Positions 33,379-41,650 of a DNA stretch of 41,650 nucleotides are shown in pieces. Each line of letters opens with the position of its first letter. The first letter of the stretch is position 1. This DNA is from Spirochaetales bacterium (lineage in GTDB: Bacteria > Spirochaetota > Spirochaetia > Sphaerochaetales > Sphaerochaetaceae). The stretch is taken from positions 1 to 41,650 of the forward strand of contig JAFZUN010000286.1 in NCBI GenBank assembly GCA_017618315.1. The letters run 5' to 3'. Below the pieces are notes generated by a model that was not told the origin of the DNA, did not search any database, and saw nothing but the letters and a program-made list of their open reading frames with translations. Made by a program: the position numbers and the translations under genes.

Positions 33379-34380
33379 ATGACATTTGCTGAGAAAATGA
33401 AGGCGCAGGCCATTGCGGCCGGGAAATCACTGGTTCTGCCGGAAGGTCTTGAGCCAAGGACTGTCAAGGCAGCCAGAATGATTCTTGACCAGAAGATCGC
33501 TTCTTCTGTCACTCTTGTGGGAAACGTGTCGGAGGTCAAGGCAAACGCGGAGAAACTCGGTGTGGACCTCACTGGAATCAAGATTGTCGATCCTCTCGTA
33601 AGTGAGAAGAGAGCATCTTATGCCAATGAGTATTATGAGCTCAGAAAGCACAAGGGAATGACTCCTGAGCAGGCCAATGACCTCATTGTCAACGAACTCA
33701 GATGGGGTGCCATGATGACACACATGGGCGACGCAGACGCCATGGTTGCCGGAGCTGAGAACACCACAGGAAATGTCCTTCTCGCTTCATTCCAGATCAT
33801 CAAGTGCCGCCCGGGAATCAAGAGCGCATCATCTTGCTTTGTCATGGCGACAGACAAGAAGCAGTATGGTGTTGACGGAACATTCATCTTTGCCGACTGT
33901 GCCACAATCCCGAATCCCACAGCAGAGCAGCTTGCCGAGATCGCTGAGGCATCCGCTCTCTCATGCAGGACATTCCTCGGAGCAGAGCCTGTGGTGGCAA
34001 TGCTCTCATACTCGACAAAGGGAAGCGCCAAGGGAGAGATGATTGACAAGGTCACAACAGCACTCTCACTTGTCAAGGCAAAGTGCCCCGAGCTCAAGGT
34101 TGACGGTGAGCTCCAGCTTGATGCCGCTATTGTCCCGTCAGTAGCCTCTCAGAAGGCTCCCGGCTCAACAGTCGCAGGTCATGCCAATGTTCTGGTATTC
34201 CCGGATCTTCAGGCCGGAAACATCGGTTACAAGCTCACTCAGAGACTTGCAGGTGCAGAGGCATACGGTCCTATTCTCCAGGGCTTTGCAAAGCCGGTCT
34301 CAGACCTCTCCAGAGGCTGTAGCTCAGAGGATATTGTTGTGACCGCAGCAATCACTCTTGCACAGGCCGCTGCAAACTGA
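33379..34380 (+). CDS. pta: phosphate acetyltransferase
   Basis: 333 aa. Typical short-form Pta sequence (LVLPEG.EPR...[29 protein letters not shown]). RBS AGGAG. Confidence 0.9.
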   Translation: MTFAEKMKAQAIAAGKSLVLPEGLEPRTVKAARMILDQKIASSVTLVGNVSEVKANAEKLGVDLTGIKIVDPLVSEKRASYANEYYELRKHKGMTPEQANDLIVNELRWGAMMTHMGDADAMVAGAENTTGNVLLASFQIIKCRPGIKSASSCFVMATDKKQYGVDGTFIFADCATIPNPTAEQLAEIAEASALSCRTFLGAEPVVAMLSYSTKGSAKGEMIDKVTTALSLVKAKCPELKVDGELQLDAAIVPSVASQKAPGSTVAGHANVLVFPDLQAGNIGYKLTQRLAGAEAYGPILQGFAKPVSDLSRGCSSEDIVVTAAITLAQAAAN

Positions 34381-34395
34381 TAAAAGAACCAACAA

Positions 34396-34462
34396 CATAA
34401 AAAAATCAAAAAAAGTGCCGGAAAGCTGAAATATTTCCGGCACTTTTCTCGTATATAAGGGC
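34396..34462 (+). repeat. 67-nt upstream element, copy B (paralog of 24215-24281)
   Basis: See copy A. Same length and same register relative to the downstream ATGAAG. Confidence 0.8.
34415..34450 (+). terminator. rho-independent terminator of pta
   Basis: gtgccggaaa (34415-34424) / tttccggcac (34434-34443), a 10-bp stem with a 9-nt loop, followed by ttttctc. Confidence 0.75.
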
Positions 34463-35809
34463 ATGAAGTACCTGATGCTATCCATTTTGCTTTCAGTACT
34501 CTCATTTTGCCTTGTAACCTGTACCGCAGGCTGTGTATCCATAGTTGTCCTTTTCTTTGTAATTTGCTTTTCCATCCTTTCAGCCTGCGGCGCTTTATTT
34601 CCATCTGCGAGGATTCATCAGGCAACTGTTATGTCCCTCATGGTTCTGGTTGCCTCGGTGTTGGCCTTTATCACATGCAGGAACCTTGATGTTGAAATCT
34701 GTTTCCCAAGCGCTTACATAACAAGTATAGAAGGGCAGGTGGTCTATGACTCTTCTTTCACCAAGAACGGGAACCACATCATGAAGATACGGATGAAGAG
34801 ATGCGCTACCGTCACCGGAGATGAGGGGACTGCCTCGGGAATCGTTTCTGTTATTGGAGAAGAGAGTCAGATTATATCAGCAGGAGTGCACATAAGGCTC
34901 TATGGAAGATTCTCCGGAGATCTGTTCATCTATGATGATATTCAGGTTCTAAAACGCAGTACCTTGAATGACATCAGGGAAAGACTGATCTCAAGGCTTC
35001 AGAAACGCGTTCTGGGAGAAGATCCAGATGACCCCTCTTTACTGAGCATTCTGCTTCTTCTCGGGCGTGCGGATGGCGGGGTGATGAGCATTCAGGAAAA
35101 GGCAAGACAGTGTGGCTGCGCACATGTGCTTGCGCTTTCCGGAATGCATCTGGGAATACTTGCAGGTATCTGCATGACTGTATTCGGGAAAGGAAAGACT
35201 GCACGCGTTTTGGCATTCCTGGCGGTTTCAGCATTTGTCCTCACAGCAGGGCCAAGGGCATCGCTTATCAGGGCCGCTTTGTCTTTCTTTCTGTTCTTCA
35301 TGCCTGTGAAGGAGAGGTCTGTTGCCGTGTTTCTCCTGCACATGATGCTTTTCCCCATGACAATGGTGGAGCAGGGATGCTGCTACGGATATCTGGCCAT
35401 ATTCGCTATCACGGGTCTTTCCCCTTATCTTAATGCTGTTTTATTCCAATACATCGGAAGGGCTTCCTCATTAGTCAGTGCGTCGCTTTCGGTTCTGGTA
35501 TTCAGTGTTCCGGTGCTAATGTTGAATAACGGATTCTGGTGTCCGGCTGTAATAATCGCATCGCCAATTGCGGGTCTTCTTGCGGCTTTTTCCATGATCA
35601 TGGGTATTCTGCTGCTTGTCATTGGCAGGGCAGGTTTTCTCCTGCACATCAACACATTCGTCTTCAACCTCATGAACAGGCTGTTTGATCTGCTGATGAA
35701 CCTCCCGAAAGCAGGCTGGATGGGATATGGGGTTATGGTGCTTTTGTTAATAACACTTTTTGTATTGAATCGTATTCATCATCGATATTACATGTTGAAA
35801 AGGTTATGA
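34463..35809 (+). CDS. comEC: ComEC/Rec2-family membrane protein (DUF4131 + competence domain, no metallo-beta-lactamase domain)
   Basis: Polytopic. Conserved core CGCAHVLALSGMHLGIL matches the ComEC signature (HLLAISGLH). At 448 aa it is too short to carry the C-terminal MBL domain. Confidence 0.65.
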   Translation: MKYLMLSILLSVLSFCLVTCTAGCVSIVVLFFVICFSILSACGALFPSARIHQATVMSLMVLVASVLAFITCRNLDVEICFPSAYITSIEGQVVYDSSFTKNGNHIMKIRMKRCATVTGDEGTASGIVSVIGEESQIISAGVHIRLYGRFSGDLFIYDDIQVLKRSTLNDIRERLISRLQKRVLGEDPDDPSLLSILLLLGRADGGVMSIQEKARQCGCAHVLALSGMHLGILAGICMTVFGKGKTARVLAFLAVSAFVLTAGPRASLIRAALSFFLFFMPVKERSVAVFLLHMMLFPMTMVEQGCCYGYLAIFAITGLSPYLNAVLFQYIGRASSLVSASLSVLVFSVPVLMLNNGFWCPAVIIASPIAGLLAAFSMIMGILLLVIGRAGFLLHINTFVFNLMNRLFDLLMNLPKAGWMGYGVMVLLLITLFVLNRIHHRYYMLKRL

Positions 35810-35851
35810 CACTTCAACTTATTCAGTTATTACTATATAATCCCTTCTGCA

Positions 35852-36709
35852 ATGGCAATATGGGATTTTGACTACAGCTCTATATCCTCAATCACAAGGC
35901 TTTTGGAAGATAATGGCCTGGGCATGACAAAGAAGTTCGGGCAGAATTTCCTTGTCTCAATGAGTGCGCTAGACCGAATCACCGCCCTCAGTGGCGCCTG
36001 TGATGGAAAACGTGTCTGGGAAGTAGGCCCGGGAATCGGCGCACTTACCACAAAGCTCCTTCAGACCGGTGCAGATGTTACAGCCTTTGAGATTGACCAT
36101 GGATTCTGCCGCATCATCCGAGAACAGGCATATTTCGATGTTCCGAATTTCACGCTTGTGGAAGGTGATGCCCTCAAGAACTGGAAACAAGTTTGGTCCG
36201 AGCAGGGGAAGCCCGACATAATCTGTGCAAACCTGCCATACAACGTCGGTTCTGTGTTCATTGCCTCAATCATTGAGAACAGATGTCTCCCGCAGACAAT
36301 GGTATTCACCCTTCAGACAGAGGTTGTGGACCGCATCTGCGCAAAGCAGGGGGATGAGGCTTTCTCCGGTTTCTCGATACTGACAGGGATTGATTATGAG
36401 AACTCAGAGGCTTTCAAGCTCAAGAGCGGCTGCTTCTTCCCGCCCCCGAACGTGGACAGTTCTGTGGTTGTCATGAGAAAGCGTGAGACTCCGCTTGTTC
36501 CGGATAGTGAGGCAAAAGACTTCCTGGAACTGGTAAGGGTTCTTTTCGCCCAGAGGAGAAAGACTGTGAAGAATAACCTGAAGGCAACCGGCAAAATCTC
36601 CGCGGACATAGACAGGGCTCTATCGGAATGCGGGATAAGCCCGACCGAGCGTGCCGAGAGGCTTGGCATTGACCAGATCCTGGCCCTGAAGAGGAGCCTT
36701 GATAAATGA
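35852..36709 (+). CDS. rsmA: 16S rRNA (adenine1518/1519-N6)-dimethyltransferase
   Basis: KKFGQNFL motif, EVGPGIGALT SAM-binding motif, NLPYNV motif. Confidence 0.9.
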   Translation: MAIWDFDYSSISSITRLLEDNGLGMTKKFGQNFLVSMSALDRITALSGACDGKRVWEVGPGIGALTTKLLQTGADVTAFEIDHGFCRIIREQAYFDVPNFTLVEGDALKNWKQVWSEQGKPDIICANLPYNVGSVFIASIIENRCLPQTMVFTLQTEVVDRICAKQGDEAFSGFSILTGIDYENSEAFKLKSGCFFPPPNVDSSVVVMRKRETPLVPDSEAKDFLELVRVLFAQRRKTVKNNLKATGKISADIDRALSECGISPTERAERLGIDQILALKRSLDK

Positions 36710-37998
36710 ACGTCTTTGTCTATACCCTCGGATGCCGGGTGAACCAGTGTGAGAGCGAGGCTGTGGCGGAGTCTTTCTCAAAGAATAATCACAGCATAGT
36801 AAAGTCATTCGACAAGGCTGACCTTATAATCGTCAACACTTGCACTGTGACAAGCAAGGCAGAGCAGAAGGCCAGGCGTGAGATCCGGCTTTTTGCTAAG
36901 CAGGCTCCGGTGCTTGTCACCGGCTGTTATGCCCAGGTGAACCCAAAAGAGATTGAGGGTCTTTCAGATAATGTTGTTGTATTCCCTTTGATGCGTAAGC
37001 CTGAGCTTCTTGGCCTTGCCGGTTTCATGGATGAGCATAATGACTTGGATGTCCTGTCTGCAATCAGGGAGTTCTCCAAGAAGCGGAGGGAAGGCTACGG
37101 TAATCTCTTTGACTTTGCTCCCAGCGAGTTCAGCTATCACAGCAGATCATATCTGAAGATTCAAGATGGATGCGACAACAACTGCGGTTTCTGCCGTGTG
37201 CATATAGCACGTGGGCCATCCAATAGCCTGGATTCTGAGATTGTTGTTAAAAGAGCTCTTGATATTGAGAAAAAAGGCTATCATGAGATAGTTCTCACGG
37301 GTGTGAACCTGACAATGTATGACCATACCGGAAGAGGTCTGGGAGGTCTTCTGGAGAAACTGCTCGGTGCTGTGGGACCCGACATGAGGTTCCGCCTCTC
37401 TTCCCTGGAGCCTGACCATATTGATGATCTTCTATTAGATCAGCTCAAGGATCCGAGGATGCAGCCGTATTTTCATATCCCAATCCAGAGTGCGGTCGAC
37501 AAGGTCATAAAGAGGATAAACCGCACCTATGACAGCTCTCATCTTGAGTATGTGATAACAAGGCTCCGTCAGATAAAGGATGATCCTTTTCTGGCTTGTG
37601 ACATTATCACGGGTCTCCCGGGAGAAGGCGATGAGGAGTTTGAGATAACCAGGTTGTTCCTGAAACGTCACGGCTTTGCGCTCATGCATGTCTTCCCGTT
37701 CAGCCCCAGACCTGACACTGCACTTGAGAAGGCGCGTGACCGCGTTCCTGAGAACATCAGGGACGAGAGGGCCTTGATTCTGCGTAATCTCTCCTCTGAG
37801 CTCAATGCCGCCTATGTCAGCCGTCAGGTCGGAAAGGATGCCGAGGTGATTCTCGAGGCCCGCAGGCTGGGAAAGTGGCATGGTCTTACCGGAAATTATC
37901 TCAAGCTTGATGTGTCAGGAGCTCCGGACAATGCATCAGTGGGAGATCTGTTCAAGGTCCGAATCAAGAGCAAGGATCTTGCGGAGGTGATTCTGTGA
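36706..37998 (+). CDS. mtaB: radical SAM methylthiotransferase, MtaB-like
   Basis: The N-terminal UPF0004 domain (TLGCRVNQCESEA), radical SAM motif CDNNCGFC and C-terminal TRAM-like region are all present. ATGA overlap with rsmA. Confidence 0.8.
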   Translation: MNVFVYTLGCRVNQCESEAVAESFSKNNHSIVKSFDKADLIIVNTCTVTSKAEQKARREIRLFAKQAPVLVTGCYAQVNPKEIEGLSDNVVVFPLMRKPELLGLAGFMDEHNDLDVLSAIREFSKKRREGYGNLFDFAPSEFSYHSRSYLKIQDGCDNNCGFCRVHIARGPSNSLDSEIVVKRALDIEKKGYHEIVLTGVNLTMYDHTGRGLGGLLEKLLGAVGPDMRFRLSSLEPDHIDDLLLDQLKDPRMQPYFHIPIQSAVDKVIKRINRTYDSSHLEYVITRLRQIKDDPFLACDIITGLPGEGDEEFEITRLFLKRHGFALMHVFPFSPRPDTALEKARDRVPENIRDERALILRNLSSELNAAYVSRQVGKDAEVILEARRLGKWHGLTGNYLKLDVSGAPDNASVGDLFKVRIKSKDLAEVIL

Positions 37999-38723
37999 GC
38001 GCACTTCCGGAGATTAGGATTCATGAGCTTGAAGAGATAGACTCAACCAACAGGTTTCTGATGGACATGGCAAAGGATGGTGCCGCGTGCGGCACTGTTG
38101 TCGTTGCCAGACGACAAAGCAGCGGCAGAGGCAGGCTGGGCAGAAGCTTCTCATCACCGGAGGGTGGAGTCTATGTGAGTATGCTTTTGCCTGCCGCACA
38201 ACTCGATGGAGGCTTTTTCCTCACGGCAAAGGCCGGAGTTGCTGTCAGGAGGACAATCAAACAGGTCTGCAACAAGGAATGCGGCATAAAATGGGTGAAT
38301 GACATCATCTATAAAAACAGGAAGGTCTGCGGCATCCTGGCACAAGGCTATGGAGACAAAGCGGTTCTTGGAATAGGTGTGAACTATGCCGTTGATATAA
38401 ATCAATTTCCTGATGATGTCAGGGAAATCGCCTGTTCTCTGTATGACTGCCCGCAAGATGCTCCTCCGATCAGGGTCTTCATTGATGCCTTGATCAGGAA
38501 TGTATACTCTCTAGTTTACAAGGATGATGAAAACTGGCTTGAGGAATACAAAGGCTCTAGCACAATTATCGGAAACAAAGTATTAATATTGAAGGCTGGA
38601 GCCGTTACAGGATCCGGGATTGCGGCATCCATAGATGACTCTTGCTACCTGCATGTGATAGGCGATGACGGAAAAGAGACAGTACTCTCCACAGGAGAAG
38701 TCAGTGTAAGGACTAAAGGATAA
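37995..38723 (+). CDS. birA: biotin--[acetyl-CoA-carboxylase] ligase (group I, no HTH domain)
   Basis: GRGRLGRSF motif and KWVNDI motif. 242 aa, so there is no N-terminal repressor domain. GTG start overlaps the mtaB stop. Confidence 0.85.
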   Translation: MSALPEIRIHELEEIDSTNRFLMDMAKDGAACGTVVVARRQSSGRGRLGRSFSSPEGGVYVSMLLPAAQLDGGFFLTAKAGVAVRRTIKQVCNKECGIKWVNDIIYKNRKVCGILAQGYGDKAVLGIGVNYAVDINQFPDDVREIACSLYDCPQDAPPIRVFIDALIRNVYSLVYKDDENWLEEYKGSSTIIGNKVLILKAGAVTGSGIAASIDDSCYLHVIGDDGKETVLSTGEVSVRTKG

Positions 38724-38727
38724 AGAG

Positions 38728-40557
38728 ATGATTGACAAAGCACAGTGGACACAACTTGTTCAGGACAGGCTTCAGAACTTATATGAGAAGTCAGGACATG
38801 AGGGAAAGCTCCAGGATGTCGTGATTCAGATTCCGCCCAAACCGGAACTTGGCGATCTTGCATTCCCGCTCTTTGCGTTTGCCAAGGCATTCTCCAAGGC
38901 ACCCAACATCCTTGCACAGGAGCTTTCAGCTGACATCAATGCACTTGAGGGGAAACCTGACGGAGAGGCTTTTGCCGCAGGTCCTTACATGAACGTGCGC
39001 CTGAACATGGACAAGATGGTCAGTGACCTCTACAAGCAGATTGTCAGTCAGGCTGATGATTACGGAAAGACAAACCTTCTCGGAAAGAAGAAAGTCATGA
39101 TTGAGTTCAGCTGTCCCAACACCAACAAGCCACTTCATCTTGGACATGTGAGAAACGACTGCATCGGACAGAGCATGAGCCAGATTCTCAAGGCAGGCGG
39201 TGCCGAGGTCATGAAGGTCAACCTGATCAACAACAGGGGAGTCCATATCTGCAAGTCGATGCTGGCTTATAAGAAGTTCGGAAACGGTGAGACTCCCGAG
39301 TCATCCGGAATCAAGGGTGACCACCTTGTCGGCAATTACTACGTCCGCTTTGCCCAGTGGGAGAAAGAGGTCCTGGATAAAGATGTCGCCTCCTTCATTG
39401 CTCAGGGAATGAAGCCTGAGGAGGCTGAGGCCAAGGCCAAGGCTATTAATGCCCCGGATCTTGAGGCTCAGGCAATGCTGCGTGACTGGGAAAAGGGTGT
39501 GCCGGAGGTCATTGAACTCTGGAAGAAGATGAACCGGTGGACTCTGGACGGGGTGGATGAGACCTACAGGAACACAGGAATCTCATTTGACAGGTACTAC
39601 TATGAGAGTGATACCTACAAGCTAGGAAAGGACAAGGTACTTGAAGGTCTTGAGCGCGGTGTCTTCCAGAAGGCTGAAGATGGTGCAATTTATATAGATA
39701 ATGCTGATATAGGCCTTGATAAGAAGATTCTTCTCAGAAAGGACGGTACCTCAATCTACATCACCCAGGACATCGGAACCGCAATCAACCGTCATGAGGA
39801 CTGGCCGTTCGACAGCCTGATCTACGTTGTGGCAAGCGAGCAGAAATACCATTTCAAGGTCCTGTTCCATGTGCTGGACAAGCTTGGCTATCCATGGGCA
39901 AAGGACCTGCACCATCTCTCATATGGAATGGTCTTCCTGCCAGAGGGCAAGATGAAGAGCCGCGAGGGCACAGTTGTAGATGCCGATGACCTGATCAAGT
40001 CACTTACCGAGATGGCCCGTGATGAGATAATTGAGAAGGGGCGTGACAGTGAGCTTGAGGATGTTGACAGGACAGCCCATGACATCGCTCTTGGTGCGTT
40101 GAACTATTATATCCTTCAGTTCGACCCGAATAAGGACTTTGTGTTCAATCCGAAGGAGTCCCTCTCATTCAACGGCAACACGGGACCGTACCTTCAGTAC
40201 ATGGGCGCCAGAATCTCATCCATGCTGAGAAAGTACGATGAGGTGAGAAGTGAGTATGATTCCATGGAGTTCGACCCGTCAATACTTTCCCTTGAGGACG
40301 AGAGGGAGCTGATCAAGCTAATCGGTGCTTTCCCGGAGACAGTTGCCAAGGCATGCCGCATGTATGACCCGAGCGTCATCTGCGCTTATCTTTATGACAT
40401 GTCAAAGCGCTTCTCCCATTGGTACCATGACAACCAGATCCTGAAGGCTGAGACTCCTGCGCTGGTCAAGGCGCGTGTCTGCCTCTGCGAGATGGTCCTG
40501 CAGGTCATGAAGAACGCCTTTGATCTTGTCGGAATTCCGTTCCTCGAGAAGATGTGA
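38728..40557 (+). CDS. argS: arginine--tRNA ligase
   Basis: 609 aa. PNTNKPLHLGHVRN (HIGH region), the MKSREG variant of KMSK, and a C-terminal DALR anticodon-binding domain ending in M. Confidence 0.9.
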   Translation: MIDKAQWTQLVQDRLQNLYEKSGHEGKLQDVVIQIPPKPELGDLAFPLFAFAKAFSKAPNILAQELSADINALEGKPDGEAFAAGPYMNVRLNMDKMVSDLYKQIVSQADDYGKTNLLGKKKVMIEFSCPNTNKPLHLGHVRNDCIGQSMSQILKAGGAEVMKVNLINNRGVHICKSMLAYKKFGNGETPESSGIKGDHLVGNYYVRFAQWEKEVLDKDVASFIAQGMKPEEAEAKAKAINAPDLEAQAMLRDWEKGVPEVIELWKKMNRWTLDGVDETYRNTGISFDRYYYESDTYKLGKDKVLEGLERGVFQKAEDGAIYIDNADIGLDKKILLRKDGTSIYITQDIGTAINRHEDWPFDSLIYVVASEQKYHFKVLFHVLDKLGYPWAKDLHHLSYGMVFLPEGKMKSREGTVVDADDLIKSLTEMARDEIIEKGRDSELEDVDRTAHDIALGALNYYILQFDPNKDFVFNPKESLSFNGNTGPYLQYMGARISSMLRKYDEVRSEYDSMEFDPSILSLEDERELIKLIGAFPETVAKACRMYDPSVICAYLYDMSKRFSHWYHDNQILKAETPALVKARVCLCEMVLQVMKNAFDLVGIPFLEKM

Positions 40558-40559
40558 TC

Positions 40560-41114
40560 TCACAAAAACAAAACCAGAAGACCATCGGCAAGGCGGTCTG
40601 TCTCCCAGTCTGCTGAATCGGAGAGTACATCGCAGATCTTGCGCATTACCGCTGCGGTCATGAGGTCTGCGGCGAAGTCTGTGTCCTTTATGTCCAGCCA
40701 GCTTCTCTGTACGCAGAACTCTAGTGCGATCCTTATTCTGGCGTTGATCATGGATGATATCATTCTGTCTTCGTAAGCAAATGACTCATCAAACATGCGT
40801 TGCTGTTGAACGATTGAGAAGAAGGATGATATAGGCTTTTCAGCAAAAACCTTGATGATGTTGTCGAACAGCGAGACAAGCATGCTCCTTGCGTCCTTTG
40901 CCTTGAAGTCTACAAGAAATGATTTCTTGCCGATTTCCTCATGGCAATACTGAAGCATTGCGTCAATGATAGCCTGCTGGCTCTCAAAATGGCTGTAAAT
41001 GCTGGCTTTGCGTATTCCTACCTCAAGTGCCACATCCGAGAGGCTGACGTTTGCCAGGCCTTTCTCCTCTCCTAGGTTCAGCATGGCTGAAATAATATCA
41101 TCTCTGGTGCTCAT
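40560..41114 (-). CDS. TetR/AcrR-family transcriptional regulator
   Basis: N-terminal HTH ANVSLSDVALEVGIRKASIYSHFESQQAI, about 184 aa. Confidence 0.85.
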   Translation of the reverse strand: MSTRDDIISAMLNLGEEKGLANVSLSDVALEVGIRKASIYSHFESQQAIIDAMLQYCHEEIGKKSFLVDFKAKDARSMLVSLFDNIIKVFAEKPISSFFSIVQQQRMFDESFAYEDRMISSMINARIRIALEFCVQRSWLDIKDTDFAADLMTAAVMRKICDVLSDSADWETDRLADGLLVLFL

Positions 41115-41120
41115 ATGTGT

Positions 41121-41151
41121 ATTGAAAACTACCGAACGTTAGTTAGTCAAT
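41121..41151. promoter_or_regulatory. imperfect inverted repeat, candidate TetR operator
   Basis: ATTGAaaAACTA ccgaacgt TAGTTagTCAAT. The outer (ATTGA/TCAAT) and inner (AACTA/TAGTT) arms are perfect complements with a 1-nt offset. It begins 7 nt upstream of the TetR start codon. Confidence 0.4.
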
Positions 41152-41244
41152 CACTTTTTCTTCTTTTTCTTTTCCTTTTCTATGGAATAAACTTGTGCAA
41201 GGTTGTATAACGAGTGAGCAAATCAAATTCAAAGGATGTGTTTA

Positions 41245-41556
41245 ATGTACGCACTCGTAGAAATTCTTGGAAAGCAGTACAAGGCAGAAGAGGGTAAGAC
41301 TGTAAGAGTTGACCTGGTTGATGCAGAAGTCGGCGCAAAGGTCACCTATGATTCTGTTCTTGCAGTTGTTAAGGAAGATGACGTCAAGTTCGGCGCTCCT
41401 TATGTCAAGGGTGCCAGCGTTGTAGCCACACTTCAGTCCAACATCAAGGACGACAAGGTTCGTGTCTACAAGTATCACAGAAGAAAGGGATACCGCAGGA
41501 CCCAGGGTCACAGACAGCAGTATTCGATTCTCACGATCAACAAGGTCAACGCTTAA
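41245..41556 (+). CDS. rplU: 50S ribosomal protein L21
   Basis: MYALVEILGKQYK... and YKYHRRKGYRRTQGHRQ are typical of L21. Start refined to ATG 41245. Confidence 0.9.
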   Translation: MYALVEILGKQYKAEEGKTVRVDLVDAEVGAKVTYDSVLAVVKEDDVKFGAPYVKGASVVATLQSNIKDDKVRVYKYHRRKGYRRTQGHRQQYSILTINKVNA

Positions 41557-41568
41557 GGGAGGCAATCA

Positions 41569-41650
41569 ATGGCTCATCATAAAGGTGGTGGTTCATCCAA
41601 GAACGGAAGAGATTCTAATGCACAGCGTCTCGGTGTGAAGCGTTACGGTG
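41569..41650 (+). CDS. rpmA: 50S ribosomal protein L27 (5' partial, runs off the window)
   Basis: Translation [27 protein letters not shown] is the conserved L27 N-terminus. RBS AAGGGAGG at 41555-41562. It is absent from the ORF track because it is truncated. Confidence 0.85.
   Translation, partial: MAHHKGGGSSKNGRDSNAQRLGVKRYG

Overview
The window is a densely coding bacterial chromosomal segment of about 50% GC (estimated by eye). I call 45 CDS (one partial) plus one tRNA, and 42 of the CDS lie on the + strand. A class-I lysyl-tRNA synthetase and the overall gene content suggest a Spirochaetota genome (Treponema/Sphaerochaeta-like); this is inference only. Gene order is as follows. (1) 94-14823: a long co-directional array of nagB, a family-5 peptide-type ABC importer (SBP, 2 permeases, 2 ATPases), an esterase, murQ, a BadF-type sugar kinase, an EIIC-only permease, a UPF0309 SIS protein, etfB, a ferredoxin-fused etfA, a GlcD-type FAD dehydrogenase (LctBCD-like) and a zinc-ribbon membrane protein. 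(2) 14824-17624: a compositionally atypical accessory stretch next to a tRNA(CAT), holding a PD-(D/E)xK-like nuclease gene with its own promoter and palindrome, then a signal-peptide acidic protein translationally coupled to a NYN/PIN-like protein with a Pro-rich repeat linker. (3) 17738-20233: two tandem paralogous OMP-like genes. (4) 20342-25265: class-I lysRS, an SGNH lipoprotein (-), era (-), an orphan clpP and an EEP-family lipoprotein. (5) 25358-32619: a Wza-like exporter, a Wzc-like BY-kinase, an internally duplicated DUF1538 membrane protein, a tandem P-II protein and rlmI, all tightly packed. (6) 32701-41650: housekeeping genes, namely a secreted hypothetical, pta, a comEC-like gene, rsmA, mtaB, birA, argS, a TetR regulator (-), rplU and the rpmA start. 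I saw no CRISPR array, integrase, transposase or rRNA. The most interesting candidates are the tRNA-proximal nuclease/NYN module, the fusion of MurNAc salvage with an Etf-dependent lactate dehydrogenase in one operon, the DUF1538/P-II pair embedded behind Wza-Wzc, and a 67-nt paralogous element placed identically upstream of two unrelated genes.
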